From Eledone cirrhosa (taxonomy: Eukaryota): a stretch of DNA of 64,000 nucleotides. Below are positions 29,925-41,350 of the stretch, in pieces. The position numbers and the translations under genes were made by a program. Location of the stretch: NCBI GenBank assembly GCA_964016885.1, contig OZ024764.1, positions 3,162,001 to 3,226,000 of the forward strand. Reading direction: 5' to 3'. The notes under the pieces were generated by a model, which was given only the letters and a program-made list of their open reading frames with translations, did no database searches and had not been told where the DNA came from. Position 1 is the first letter of the stretch. Each line of letters starts with the position of its first letter.

Positions 29925-30950
29925 GGAGGTGGTGGTGGTGTGGTGTGGTAGTGTGGAGGTGGTGGTGGTGGTCATGGTTGTGGTGATGGTGGTGGTGGGT
30001 GTGGTACTGGTATGGTAGTGGTGGTGGTAGTGTGGAGGTGGTGGTAGTGGTAACAGTGGTGGTGTAGTGGTGGTGGTGGTGGTGGTAGTGGTGGTGGGTG
30101 TGGTACTGGTATGGTAGAGGTGGTGGGTGTGGTACTGGTATGGTAGTGGTGGTGGTAGTGTTGTGGTGGTGGTCATGGTTGTGGTGGTGGTGGTGGTAGT
30201 GTGGAGGTGGTAGTGGTGGTGGTGATGGTGGCGGTGGTAGTGGTGGTGGGTGTGGTATTGGTATGGTAGTGGTGGTGGTAGTGTGGAGGTGGTGGTAGTG
30301 GTAGCGGTGGTGGCGGCGGTGGTAGTGGTGGTGGTAGTGGTGGTAGTGTTGATGTGTTTGTTGTTGTTTTCATAGCATTTATACACGCCCATAAATTAAC
30401 ACACACACATACACACATATAGCCTTACACATACATATCAATGGAAACTACTTAACACACACACACACACACATACTGCCTTACATATACACACGCATAA
30501 ACACCCAGACATACACACACAGTAACCACTTAAGAACACATACACAGCGCCACCACACCACCACCACTACCACAACCACTACACCACCATCACCACCTCC
30601 ACTTACACCACACCACCACTACTACACCACCACCACTACACCACCACTACTACACCACCACCACCACCACCACTACTACACCACACGACCACTACTTCAC
30701 CACCACCACTACACCACCACCACTAGACCACCACTACACTACTACACCCCCACCACTACTACACCACCACCACCACTACACCACCACCATCATCACACCA
30801 CCACTACACCACCATCACACCACCATCACTACCACCACCACCACTACACCACCATCACCACTACACCACCACCACCACAACCACCACTACACCACCATCA
30901 CCACCACCACCACTACACCACTACACCACCACAACCACCACACCACCACC
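29925..30950. repeat. (GGT)n tract 29925-30350 and oppositely oriented (CAC)n tract 30550-30950
   Basis: Degenerate trinucleotide repeats visible directly. Confidence 0.9.
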
Positions 30951-31195
30951 CCTCTCCCACATATTCAACCTTTCATTAAACTATGTCTATACCCCTCCTT
31001 CAATATCAGTAGGGATTTACCCATGAATTAACACATTTGCCTATCCCCTGCCCCAACCCAACCCTTTAATAAGGAAGTTATATTACTAAATCCCCCCAAA
31101 TTCTTGGTTATTTTCAAAAATATTTCGAAATTATAAGGGGACAGCGTCATTCATTAGAAATATGGTAAGTTATTTTCCAATATTGTATCTATATA

Positions 31196-31518
31196 TCATC
31201 ATCATCATCATTTCATTTTACGTCCGCTTTTCCCTGCTTGCAAGGGTGGGATGGGAACTGATTCTGGCTTGATTTCTACAGCTGGATGCCCTTCCTAACA
31301 CCAACCTCATTTACAGTGAGTGCTGGGTGCTTTTTTGCCGTGGCACCTCCACGACCACTTTACAGTGGAATGATAGGGACTCCAGTCCCTATCATCTCAT
31401 TTCTACAGCTGAGTAAAGTGTCTTGCTCAAGGAAACAACTCATCACCCAGTCTAAGAATTGAACTCACAATCTTTCGATTGCAAGGCCAATGCTCTAACC
31501 ACTAAGCCATGTGCCTCC
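31196..31518 (-). mobile_element. CORE-type SINE copy
   Basis: Reverse complement of 5930-6262 with a small CORE deletion. Confidence 0.88.
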
Positions 31519-31539
31519 ATCATATATATATATATATAG

Positions 31540-31845
31540 AAAAATGCGCATGAAAGACGACAGCTGTATAAAAAAGTGCAGGGCAATAAAGATAGACGGA
31601 AGCCACGGAGTAGGCAGACCCAGAAAAACCTGGGACGACCTGATAAATTCCGACCTCACACACTTACACCTCACCAAGACAATGTCACTGGACCGAGATC
31701 TTTGGCGGCACTCAGTAATAGAGAAGACACGCCTTACCTAAATACAAAGTAAAACCTACTACAGTCAGTAGGCACCTCTAACAAAATACACCCCCGTCCC
31801 ACCACCCCACCCCATCCACACCGCCCCTTTCAATGTAAAGTTATG
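31540..31845 (+). mobile_element. RTE-clade LINE fragment (ORF end + start of 3' UTR)
   Basis: [38 protein letters not shown]...DRDLWR, same family as 10840-11572. Confidence 0.85.
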
Positions 31846-32111
31846 CTGTGCATGCATTATACAATCTTGAGTTGATCAATTGCGTCAGTTGAAGCAACCA
31901 AAATTTTGGCTGCTTACTAAATCGTAGACACATAAAAAGATAAAACACACACACACAAACACACTAGATAACACGACATGCGGCTTTGACCGGGAGGGTC
32001 ATTTAGAGGGAATTTGGGGGGGGGGGGGGGGTTAAGGCTGCATGGCCCCACTTTCCGCCATGGCGATTGGACTGCATGCCCTGCTTTCCAGGTTACCCTT
32101 CGTCACTGATA

Positions 32112-32154
<43 letters not shown>

Positions 32155-32414
32155 GTGTGTGTATATGTAAGAGCTTTACAAAGATATGTTTTAACAGCTT
32201 GTAACTCTTTCATTAATTATTTTGCTTATCACAGCTCTGCTTAACTTTTACACTAAATATTAACCTTCTCTAATATTTAACCCTGAAAACCCAAGCATTG
32301 AGCACTTACGCATCTGCTTTAGGCATGTAATATTCTGTATCGCACCTCTTTATACCTCTTCTTTCTATCCACTTTTACAATACTGTAACCTATTATTATA
32401 TCATCATCATTTCG

Positions 32415-32675
32415 GCCCTTTCCATTCTGAGTTCAAATCCCGCCGAGGTTGACTTTGCCTTTCATCCTTACGGGGTCGATAAAATAAAGTACCAGTAATA
32501 CACTGGGGTAATTGCTGGCCTTGTGCCAAAAGTAGAAACAATTATATTACTGATTCTGAGTTTAAATCCTGCCGAGGTTAACTTTGCCTTTCATCCTTAC
32601 GGGCTCGATAAAATAAAGTACCAGTAATACACTGGGATAATTGCTGGCCTTGTGCCAAAAGTAGACACAATTATT
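32415..32675 (+). mobile_element. Two tandem 5'-truncated Meta-domain SINEs
   Basis: B box + GCCTTTCATCCTTACGGGGTCGATAAAATAAAGTACCAG present twice. Confidence 0.8.
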
Positions 32676-32724
32676 TCCTCATCATTTCATTTCATTTTAC
32701 GTCTGCCCTTCCCTGCTTGCAAGG

Positions 32725-32950
32725 AAAAAAGATGAAATCAAAATTGCAACTGAGGTCTTTTTAAGTATATTTATTTGTTTCCTTTACCAGTTTCACAGTT
32801 CTTATGCTTTTCCATAGTAGAATTGAGATGTAGGGTTTGTGCCTTCATCTCAATTCTACTTTTGAAAAGCACAAGAACTGTGAAACCGAAGGAACCAAAT
32901 AAATATTCTTATAAAGACTCCAGTTGCATTTTCGATTTCATCTTTTTTCC
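32725..32950. repeat. ~225-bp imperfect palindrome
   Basis: AAAAAAGATGAAATC...GTTTCACAGTTCTT...GTAGAATTGAGATG mirrored by CATCTCAATTCTAC...AAGAACTGTGAAAC...GATTTCATCTTTTTT. Confidence 0.8.
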
Positions 32951-33013
32951 TTATACTTTCACTCGTGTAGGACATGTTTTTTTTCATTTTGTAAAAAAAA
33001 CCTCATTTTCTAA

Positions 33014-33697
33014 TCATCATCATCATCATCAACGTTTAACGTCCGTGTTCCACGCTTGCATGGGTTTGGACGGGGGTTTTCCCACTTGAGGCAAGAGTGG
33101 TTGTCTTGCTCGCATAGGACTGTCTGGCGGGTTTTCTACAGCTGGATGCCCTTCCTAACACCAACCACATTTACAGTGTGGACTGGGAGGTTTTTACCGT
33201 GTTGCCTACACGGCCACATTACAGCGTGGACTATCTGGCGGGTTTTCTACAGCTGGATGCCCTTCCTAACACCAACCACATTTACAGTGTGGGGCTGGGA
33301 GGTTTTTACCGTGTTGCCTACACGGCCACATTACAGCGTGGACTGTGTGTTTTTTTTTGTCGTGACACCTACACGATCTCATTTGTTTCAGCCTGGATGT
33401 TCTGGCACCAACATAACTTTACATTGAAAGGGGCGGTGTGGATGGGGTGGGGGTGGTGGGACGGGGGTGTATTTTGTTAGAGATGCCTACTGACTGTAGT
33501 AGGTTTTACTTTGTATTTAGGTAAGGCGGGTCTTCTCTATTACTGAGTACCGCCAAAGGTCTCGGTCCAGTGACATTGTCTTGGAGAGGTGTAAGTGTGT
33601 GAGGTCGGAATTTATCAGCTCGTCCCAGGTTTTTCTGGGTCTGCCTACTCCGTGGCTACCGTCTATCTTTATTGCCCTGCACTTTGTTATACAGCTA
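33014..33697 (-). mobile_element. 5'-truncated RTE-clade LINE
   Basis: Near-identical to 10840-11525, including the internal ~110-bp duplication of the GGATGCCCTTCC segment. Confidence 0.85.
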
Positions 33698-33853
33698 TCT
33701 CTCTCTCTATATATATATATATAAGCAAGGGATATTTAATTTGTTGGTAATTCAACAAATATATTTATAACAGATTCGAAGCACTCAACAGATTTTCTGG
33801 AGTATAATATCAATGATATTAATAAATGGAAACTATATTTATAAAACCATATT

Positions 33854-33914
33854 TATTTCATTATACATATTTCAAGGGTACCAAAATTTTGGTACGATCT
33901 CATCAGATAAAATA
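33854..33914 (-). ncRNA. Type I hammerhead ribozyme motif
   Basis: UAUUUUAU-CUGAUGA-GAUC-GUACCAAAAUUUUGGUAC-CCUU-GAAA-UAUGUA-UA^AUGAAAUA. Confidence 0.68.
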
Positions 33915-34049
33915 CAAAATTTGTTTATAAATAGTGACATACCCAATAAACCAGACCTTATCGGTTCTGTTTGGATAGTCTATCCAAACAGAACTTCAAC
34001 CGTTAAGGTCTGATTCCTGGATATGTCACTGTTTATAAAGCAAACTTTG

Positions 34050-34110
34050 TATTTTATCTGATGAGAGCGTACCAAAGTTTTGGTACCTTTGAAATATATA
34101 TAATAGAATA
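34050..34110 (+). ncRNA. Type I hammerhead ribozyme motif
   Basis: UAUUUUAU-CUGAUGA(34058)-GAGC-GUACCAAA-GU-UUUGGUAC-CUUU-GAAA(34091)-UAUAUA-UA^AUAGAAUA. Confidence 0.75.
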
Positions 34111-34162
34111 AATATGGTTTTATAAATATAGTTTCTATTTATTTAATATCATTGATATATGT

Positions 34163-34195
<33 letters not shown>

Positions 34196-34236
34196 CGATA
34201 TTAAATAAATGGAAACTATATTTATAAAACCATATT

Positions 34237-34302
34237 TATTCTATTATATATATTTCAGGGATATCATATTAAAAATATGGTATGCCTTCATCAGACAAAA
34301 TA
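34237..34302 (-). ncRNA. Type I hammerhead ribozyme motif
   Basis: UAUUUUGU-CUGAUGA-AGGCAUACCAUAU(UUUUA)AUAUGAUAUCCCU-GAAA-UAUAUA-UA^AUAGAAUA. Confidence 0.77.
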
Positions 34303-34452
34303 CAATATAAACAGTCTTATAAATAGATAGATTTGACATACCTTACAACTTCAACTTCCATTTAAAAAGTTGACTACCAAATCAACTTTTTAAATGGAAG
34401 TTGAAGTTGTAAGGTATGTCAAATCTATCTATTTATAAGACTGTTTATATTG

Positions 34453-34518
34453 TATTTTGTCTGATGAAGGCATACCATATTTTTAATATGATATCCCTGA
34501 AATATATATAATGAAATA
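34453..34518 (+). ncRNA. Type I hammerhead ribozyme motif
   Basis: CUGAUGA at 34461, stem II 11/13 pairs, GAAA at 34499, UAUAUA, UA^, stem I with GU wobbles. Confidence 0.78.
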
Positions 34519-34794
34519 AATCTGGTTTTATAAATATAGTTTCCATTTATTTAATATCGTAAATATACTCCAAATACTTGTTGAGTGCTTTTATATCAGT
34601 TATAAATATTTACTCGTTGTAACCCAACAATTTAAATATAACTTTGCATATATATATATATATATATATACAAGGCGAAGCTTAGTAAAATCGAAGCTTT
34701 GGCCGTGGGCAAGCAAAGTCGACCTACAATAGGAATGAGTTAGTGAAGCACTCAATAAGGGTAGGTCCTTAGAGTAATAACATACGTTTAAATA

Positions 34795-34836
<42 letters not shown>

Positions 34837-34950
34837 ATATATTAATTGTTTCTACTTTAGGCACAAGGCCAGCAATTACCCAGTGCATTACTGGTACTTT
34901 ATTATATACAATATATTAATAAATGGAAACTATATTTATAAAACCATAAT

Positions 34951-35016
34951 TATTTTATTATATATATTTCAATGGCGACCAAGGTAAATTATGGTGCGCT
35001 TTCATCAGATAAAATA
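34951..35016 (-). ncRNA. Type I hammerhead ribozyme motif in a one-armed Penelope-like copy (34905-35140)
   Basis: UAUUUUAU-CUGAUGA-AAGCGCACC...GGUCGCCAUU-GAAA-UAUAUA-UA^AUAAAAUA; perfect 8-bp stem I. Confidence 0.72.
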
Positions 35017-35140
35017 CAGATTTATAAAATTCATTTATTAATATATTGTATATTTACTCCACTAACTTGTTGAGTGCTTTATATCAGTTATAAAAATGTT
35101 TATGCTTGTTGAATCCCAACAAATTAAATATAACCTCTGC

Positions 35141-35180
<40 letters not shown>

Positions 35181-35453
35181 ATATGTACGTATGTATATGT
35201 ATGAGACAGCAGTTGTATTGAATGTTGCAAATGCAGGTGCCCCCTGCAATCTCTTCCATCTTCTCTCATCCCTTCTCCCCTCCCTAGCTAACAATCTGAC
35301 ACACCTATAGAGATAAAGGCCCCTCTCATGGGACACTGTGATATCAACAGTCAAGACTGCTAGTCTCTCCATAAAAGGTAAACCTCACCTTGGTTTTAGC
35401 ACATAGTTTTGCTTGCATAATTGTCATACCTTGTGTGTGTGTGTATATATATG

Positions 35454-35499
<46 letters not shown>

Positions 35500-35574
35500 G
35501 GATATGTAAACACACCCTCTTCTCACCAAGCGTGAAGCTTATACCATTGACTCCTGCGTTTGTTTGTCATTTTG

Positions 35575-35626
<52 letters not shown>

Positions 35627-35812
35627 TAAGTTAATATGCCCACGGGTACTAAGTACCCCTGGAAATATATAGGTTGTCTATGATACAGGGTTGTTCAATG
35701 GTATTAATTTGACATACCAGAACTATAATATTGAGATAAGCAGAACAATCAAAATTCAAACAATTTTTTAAAATAAATTAAAAAATATAATTTAAATATT
35801 TACTTACTCCAG

Positions 35813-35923
35813 TGCTTTTACCGATCAGTTTCACAAAACATTAGAAATCCAAGGGACCTCGCTTCACAAAACATTAGAAATCCAAGGGACCTCCAATGGA
35901 AAAGTGAAGTTCATCAGAGAGCA
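35813..35923 (-). ncRNA. Hammerhead motif with an elongated stem II region (different family)
   Basis: UGCUCU-CUGAUGA-[~80 nt incl. ~33-bp direct duplication]-GAAA-CUGAUCGG-UA^AAAGCA. Confidence 0.5.
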
Positions 35924-36027
35924 TTTTCCTTTTCTTGGACAAAAAGTCCCAGGAACGGCAAAATATATTGCCATCTGCTAGCTAGTACAGGATTGAATGA
36001 GGCCAAAATTTGACCTATACTTGAACC

Positions 36028-36058
<31 letters not shown>

Positions 36059-36093
36059 TCATACACACACACACATATATATATATATATAGA

Positions 36094-36435
36094 TGCATGG
36101 CTTAGTGGTTAGAGCATTGGCCTTGCAATCGAAAGGTTGTGAGTTCAATTCTCAGACCGGGTGATGTGTTGTTTCCTTGAGCAAGACACTTTATTTCACA
36201 TTGCTCCAGTTTACTCAGCTGTAGAAATGAGATGATAGGGACTGGGGTCCCTATCATTCCACTGCAAAGTGGTCGTGGAGGTGCCACGGCAAAAAAGCAC
36301 CCAGCACTCACTGTAAATGAGGTTGGTGTTAGGAAGGGCATCCAGCTGTAGAAATCAAGCCAGAATCAGTTCCCGTCCCACCCTTGCAAGCAGGGAAAAA
36401 GCGGACGTAAAATGAAATGATGAATGATGATGATA
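36094..36435 (+). mobile_element. CORE-type SINE copy
   Basis: Full-length match to the 5930 family with (ATG)n tail. Confidence 0.88.
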
Positions 36436-36526
36436 TAATATATATATATATATATATATATACAATATATTAATAAATGGAAACTATATTTATAAAACCA
36501 TAATTATTTTATTATATATATTTCAA

Positions 36527-36716
36527 GGGGCGGTGAATTGGCAGTATCGGTAGAGGGTTGGACGCCATGCTTTCTAGCATAGTTACATCCCTTTACAGTC
36601 TGAGTTCAAATCCCGCCGAGGTTAACTTTGCCTTTCATCCTTACGGGGTCGATAAAATATAGTACCAGTAATGTACTGGGTTATTGCTGACCTTGTGCCT
36701 AAAGTAGAAACAATTA
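36527..36716 (+). mobile_element. Meta-domain SINE, full length
   Basis: Same family as 6738; flanked by the TSD-like pair TATATATATTTCAAG / TATATATAATTCAAG. Confidence 0.82.
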
Positions 36717-36779
36717 TATATAATTCAAGGGCTACCAAGGTAAATTATGGTGTCAATATTTATTTATAAAACAAATCTG

Positions 36780-36844
36780 TATTTTATCTGATGAAAGCGC
36801 ACCAAGAATGCCTTCGTTGCTCTTGAAATATATATAATAAAATA
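36780..36844 (+). ncRNA. Type I hammerhead ribozyme motif
   Basis: UAUUUUAU-CUGAUGA(36788)-AAGCGCA...UGCUCUU-GAAA(36825)-UAUAUA-UA^AUAAAAUA. Confidence 0.72.
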
Positions 36845-36884
36845 ATTATGGTTTTATAAATATAGTTTCCATTTATTAATATAA

Positions 36885-37113
36885 TAATAATAATAATAAT
36901 GAAATTATTGTGTAAAGTGCTCAGGTGCACTACAACTCGTCAATATAGTACATAGAATAATACACAAATGTCAGGGAAGTACATGTGTGTATGTGTTAGC
37001 TGTAGTGTTGGCGGATCTCGGGAAGCATGGAGGCCTTAAAGGATGCAGTGTCTCGACAGCTAACAACTGATGCAGGCAGTTTGTTCCATGCTTCAGCAAC
37101 TCTGAGCGTGAAA
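36885..37113 (-). mobile_element. CR1-type LINE 3' end (single copy of the 61-bp unit)
   Basis: Reverse complement of ~62920-63205; (ATT)n tail. Confidence 0.85.
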
Positions 37114-37201
37114 AAATTATATTGTGTATTTACTCCACACATTGTTGAGTGCTTTTATATCAGTTATAAAAAATGTTTAAGCTTGTTGAATCCCAACAAA
37201 T

Positions 37202-37249
<48 letters not shown>

Positions 37250-37744
37250 TATATTCCCTTTTGGCATATTCTACAGTGGAACTAGGGTTATCTAATTTTG
37301 AGCTCTGCTGACAATCGATTCCAACCGTGACCATCCCCACTGAAAGTTTCGTGAAATAGTCTTTTTAAGACTATACAGAGCATTTGTAGTTTTTCCAAAT
37401 TGTAGGATGAGTATTTAGACTTTATTTTATTCTGAGTTAAGGCTCTATTGATTTTTCAATGGATTTCACAAAATTCTGTAGATAAGTCAATGTCTTGATT
37501 TTTTTTTTAATTGAGTTTGAATTATTTTCCCACATCTTACGTTAACTATTTTTCCATTTTGACATTATAGTCACTTATATATTATGAAATACTGTTGGCT
37601 TCACGCTCACAATAATTTCTATACTTTAATTTATTTATATATATATTAAAGGAACGATCGACTTTCGTCAAATCGGACCGAGGGAACAATGTTTCCGTTG
37701 GTCTTTCCAATTGCTAATACTATCTATCGGTCGCAACTCCAGGT

Positions 37745-37869
37745 AGAAGGAGCAACGTGAAATAAAGTGTCTTGCTCAAGGACATAACGCATCACCTGGT
37801 CCAGGAATCGAACTCACAACCTTACGATTGCGAATCCAATTCTCTAACCACCCAGCCACACCACACGCC

Positions 37870-37872
<3 letters not shown>
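37745..37872 (-). mobile_element. tRNA-head + CORE SINE fragment (different subfamily)
   Basis: TGGCTGGGTGG A box, GAGTTCGATTCC B box, CCTTGAGCAAGACACTTT. Confidence 0.75.
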
Positions 37873-37942
<70 letters not shown>

Positions 37943-38053
37943 CAGCGATATAAAAGACACAGAAGCGAGAAGCGAAAACCAACCAAACAGTGAGTGTGTT
38001 CTGTTATTAATTCTGGCAATATTACACAAATATGACCCTCCCCAAGTATAACA

Positions 38054-38104
<51 letters not shown>

Positions 38105-38424
38105 ACCAGCAGCTATACGGATGTCTATATAGGTAGAGTAGAGTGAGAAAGAAAGTCAAGTACGAACAACAAAGTCACCTAGTTCACACTTTAGGAAATT
38201 GTTGTTGTCAATGTTGCTGTTGTTGTTGATGATGATGGTGGTGGTGGTGATTATGATGATGTAGTAGTAGTGGTGGTGGTGGTGGTGGTGGTGGTAGTAG
38301 TAGTACCTATGGTAACTATAGTTAGACATATCAGATATATAGATTCCTAGATTCCCCACGCTTTCCTCACACTGATAGATACATGATACTATGTATATAT
38401 AGTATAGTATACTACATATAAAAT

Positions 38425-39306
38425 AAATAATAATGAAATTATTGTGTACAGTGCTCAGGTGCACTACAACTCATCAAAGGTGCATGTATAGTACATAGAT
38501 CAATGTACAAATGTCAGGAAAGTGAACAGTATATGAGTCATGATATACATGTGTACGAGTGTATGGAGGGGGAATATTAGGTGTAGGGTTGGTGAATTAC
38601 TGGAAGTATGGAGGTTTTAAAGGATGCAGTGTCTCGACAGCTAACAACTGATGCAGGTAGTTTGTTCCATGGAGGTTTTAAAGGATGCAGTGTCTCGACA
38701 GCTAACAACTGATGCAGGTAGTTTGTTCCATGGAGGTTTTAAAGGATGCAGTGTCTCGACAGCTAACAACTGATGCAGGTAGTTTGTTCCATGGAGGTTT
38801 TAAAGGATGCAGTGTCTCGACAGCTAACAACTGATGCAGGTAGTTTGTTCCATGGAGGTTTTAAAGGATGCAGTGTCTCGACAGCTAACAACTGATGCAG
38901 GTAGTTTGTTCCATGGAGGTTTTAAAGGATGCAGTGTCTCAACAGCTAACAACTGATGCAGGTAGTTTGTTCCATGGAGGTTTTAAAGGATGTAGTGTCT
39001 TGATAGCTAACAACTGATGCAGGTAGTTTGTTCCATGGAGGTTTTAAAGGATGCAGTGTCTCGACAGCTAACAACTGATGCAGGGAGTTTGTTCCATGGA
39101 GGTTTTAAAGGATGCTGTGTCTTGACAGCTAACAACTGATGCAGGTAGTTTGTTCCATGGAGGTTTTAAAGGATGTAGTGTCTCGACAGCTAACAACTGA
39201 TGCAGGTAGTTTGTTCCATGGAGGTTTTAAAGGATGTAGTGTCTCGACAGCTAACAACTGATGCAGGTAGTTTGTTCCATGCTTCAGCAACTCTGAGAGT
39301 GAAAAA
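38425..39306 (-). mobile_element. CR1-type LINE 3' end with a 61-bp unit expanded ~11x (38609-39281)
   Basis: Unit ATGGAGGTTTTAAAGGATGCAGTGTCTCGACAGCTAACAACTGATGCAGGTAGTTTGTTCC; flanks match 42850-43175. Confidence 0.9.
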
Positions 39307-39649
39307 ATGTACTATACTATACTGTACTACACTACGCTGTACTATACTATACTGTAATATACATTACTATACTATATACATACAGTTCCTGTATGAGCAA
39401 GGCATGGTCAGCCGACCAGACACTTCCCACAACAGGACAACCCGTCTAACCCATGCTAGCGTGGAAGAATGGACGTAAAACGGTGATGATGATGATGATG
39501 ATGATGATAGTACTACACTATATTGTACCTATATATAGTACAGTACATTAGACATTAGTACACTTGTCCTACTATACTTCAAATGTGGACTTCCTCTACA
39601 ACAGATACCAGTTGGTCCTTGAAAACTGAAGTGGCACTTAAGGATAGGC

Positions 39650-39702
39650 CCCACACACACATATATACAGACATACACACACACACACATATATATATAC
39701 AT

Positions 39703-39737
<35 letters not shown>

Positions 39738-39804
39738 CATACATACACACACACACACATATATATATATACATATATACACACACACACACATATATAT
39801 ACAG

Positions 39805-39845
<41 letters not shown>

Positions 39846-39848
39846 CAT

Positions 39849-39879
<31 letters not shown>

Positions 39880-40240
39880 CATATATACACACACACACAC
39901 ATATATATATATACATATATACACACACACACACATATATATACAGACATACACACACACACACACATATATATACAGACATACACACACACATATATAT
40001 ACAGACATACACACACACACACACATATATACAGACATACACACACACACACACATATATATACAGACATACACACACACACACACATATATATACAGAC
40101 ATACACACACACACACACATATATATATACATATATATACACACACACACACATATATATATACATATATACACACACACACACACATATATATATACAT
40201 ATATACACACACACACCCACACACATATATATATATACAT

Positions 40241-40309
<69 letters not shown>

Positions 40310-40330
40310 CATACATACACACACATATAA
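39650..40330. repeat. Compound (CA)n/(TA)n microsatellite
   Basis: Direct inspection. Confidence 0.95.
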
Positions 40331-40554
40331 CGAAGCACTGTGACAAGTGGAGAGATGTTGTGTAGAATAGGACCTGTCCCACCCTTGTAAGCAGGGAAAA
40401 GCGGACGTAAAATGATGATGATGATACATACTTATACATATAGAGACATACACACTTGTATATACATATATACACACATATATATATATATATGTGTATG
40501 TATATATATGTATGATGTATATATGTATGTATAATATATATGTATTTTATTATA

Positions 40555-40588
<34 letters not shown>

Positions 40589-40743
40589 TATATATGTATA
40601 ATATATGTATTATATATATATATATATGTGTATATATGTATATATATGTATATATATATGCCTTTAACGTGTATATATATATATATATATTTATATGTAA
40701 TATATAAAACTCATCTACATATATATATATATATATATAGATG

Positions 40744-41050
40744 CATGGCTTAGTGGTTAGAGCATTGGCCTTGTAATCGAAAGGTTGTGAGTTCAATTCT
40801 CCTTGAGCAAGACACTTTATTTCACATTGCTCCAGTTTACTCAGCTGTAGAAATGAGATGATAGGGACTGGGGTCCCTATCATTCCACTGCAAAGTGTTC
40901 GTGGAGGTGCCACGGCAAAAAAGCACCCAGCACTCACTGTAAATGAGGTTGGTGTTAGGAAGGGCATCCAGCTGTAGAAATCAAGCCAGAATCAGTTCCC
41001 GTCCCACCCTTGCAAGCTGGGAAAAGTTGACGTAAAATGATGACGATGAT
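40744..41050 (+). mobile_element. CORE-type SINE copy (small deletion after the B box)
   Basis: Match to the 5930 family. Confidence 0.85.
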
Positions 41051-41084
41051 ATATATATATATATAAAACCATAGAGCAAATATT

Positions 41085-41350
41085 AATTAAAATAACAGAT
41101 TAAAGTTTAAGCAAAGAATCGCTGCTTTCACCCTTAACGGGATCCTCTGAAACTAAAAAATATCAATCTGTGAACACAGAAGTAAATATTTCGAAAAATG
41201 TTGCAACCGAAGGAAAACAAGAAGACGATACCTTGGTTCGTGGAGACGTTCCCTGGTGATGGACTAAAAAAAGCGAGGATAATTACATCATTATGTGGAG
41301 CAATGAGAACAATTACACGCAAAGACAAAACCACGTTTATGGTATAAATG
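41085..41350 (-). mobile_element. Dispersed repeat, possibly a Penelope-like terminus (second copy on plus strand at 57420-57672)
   Basis: Clear reverse-complement homology between the two loci; degenerate hammerhead-like CAGA(A/G)GA-UCCC(GUUAA)GGGU-GAAA. Confidence 0.5.

Larger units (their letters stand above)
33725..34156. mobile_element. Palindromic Penelope-like element with one hammerhead motif per arm
   Basis: Arms 33809-33975 / 33980-34156 are reverse complements; extra tail 33725-33808; flanked by (TA)n. Confidence 0.72.
34195..34650. mobile_element. Near-perfect palindromic Penelope-like element (arms ~180 bp, centre ~34378) plus tail
   Basis: 34195-34374 is the reverse complement of 34382-34561 with few mismatches; tail TTGTTGAGTGCTTTTATATCAGTTATAAA is shared with other copies. 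Confidence 0.75.
36462..36883. mobile_element. Palindromic Penelope-like element whose left arm is interrupted by a Meta-SINE
   Basis: Terminal arms AATATTAATAAATGGAAACTATATTTATAAAACC / GGTTTTATAAATATAGTTTCCATTTATTAATAT. Confidence 0.7.

Noticed and set aside
31980-32110. GC-rich patch with YY1-like CCGCCATGG and ATTGG motifs
   Set aside because: Short motifs alone, with no supporting exon or TSS structure, are insufficient to call a regulatory element.
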